Shown here piece after piece: positions 37,737 through 38,204 of a DNA stretch of 38,204 nucleotides. Position 1 is the stretch's first letter; every line of letters begins with the position of its first letter. Source of the DNA: Octopus bimaculoides (Eukaryota). A model generated the notes under the pieces. It did no database searches. It saw only the letters and a program-made list of their open reading frames with translations, and was not told the origin of the DNA. The position numbers were made by a program, and so were the translations under genes. The stretch covers positions 58,627,766-58,665,969 of the forward strand of contig NC_068989.1 in the NCBI RefSeq assembly GCF_001194135.2, written 5' to 3'.

Positions 37737-38204
37737 CTAAATCATTTAAGGTGAGCAATCTTACTGTAACTCATCCGATGAGTAAATTTCGGGATCATTT
37801 CGCTGGATTACAAATATTTTACTGTGTATCAAAGACAATTACGATGAATACGGAGCTTAGTATGTCTGCATATATATACTTTTTATTTCTACAGTCATTT
37901 ACATACCATATGCAGATGCACAAATCTCTGTATTCATTGAAATTGCCTTGTGTACAGGAAAGAAAATGACCTTATAAAAAATGACCATTAACTATAACAA
38001 CTTACAGACACATGTTTTCGTTGAATTGATATTACTTCCACTTCTTAACATCAGTCATAGGTTAGTCACCGTTAGTCTTTTTCAGTTTCCATTCTTTTTT
38101 TTTTTTTACATCATTGTTATCATTCCTTTTCTTTCTGTTTCTCGAAGGTTAGTTTTTGGTTTTGAATTTATGACTTCACTATATATATATATATATATAT
38201 ATAT

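Overview
AT-rich, microsatellite-dense eukaryotic DNA with 5 N-gaps. The SINE families and repeat style suggest an octopus (coleoid cephalopod) draft assembly; this is inference. Nearly all ORFs in the supplied track are microsatellite or repeat artefacts. Reading splice sites by hand gives one minus-strand gene spanning most of the window. It has seven short coding segments (38, 18, 134, 25, 37, 44, 85 nt) between 35818 and 440 that join in frame into a 126-aa ORF: MGWRFRLPPIRFSPVTASQRIKTSLKKDGVLGPKLRSFSIRSVFDSLGTYDAVVHKLQHAIKIEGSASDAKTRHLALRGPVNVDCRHSRFYTSLKLEATLAESHPMFELIRVYLDERSRCSRRVKL*. Its motif order and spacing resemble a divergent SH2 domain; the N-terminus is unresolved. The introns hold decayed Penelope-like (GIY-YIG), CR1-type and RTE-type retroelements, at least three tRNA-derived SINE families (several as inverted pairs), a ~730-bp degenerate fold-back element and many simple repeats. 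No rRNA, true tRNA or CRISPR array is supported.
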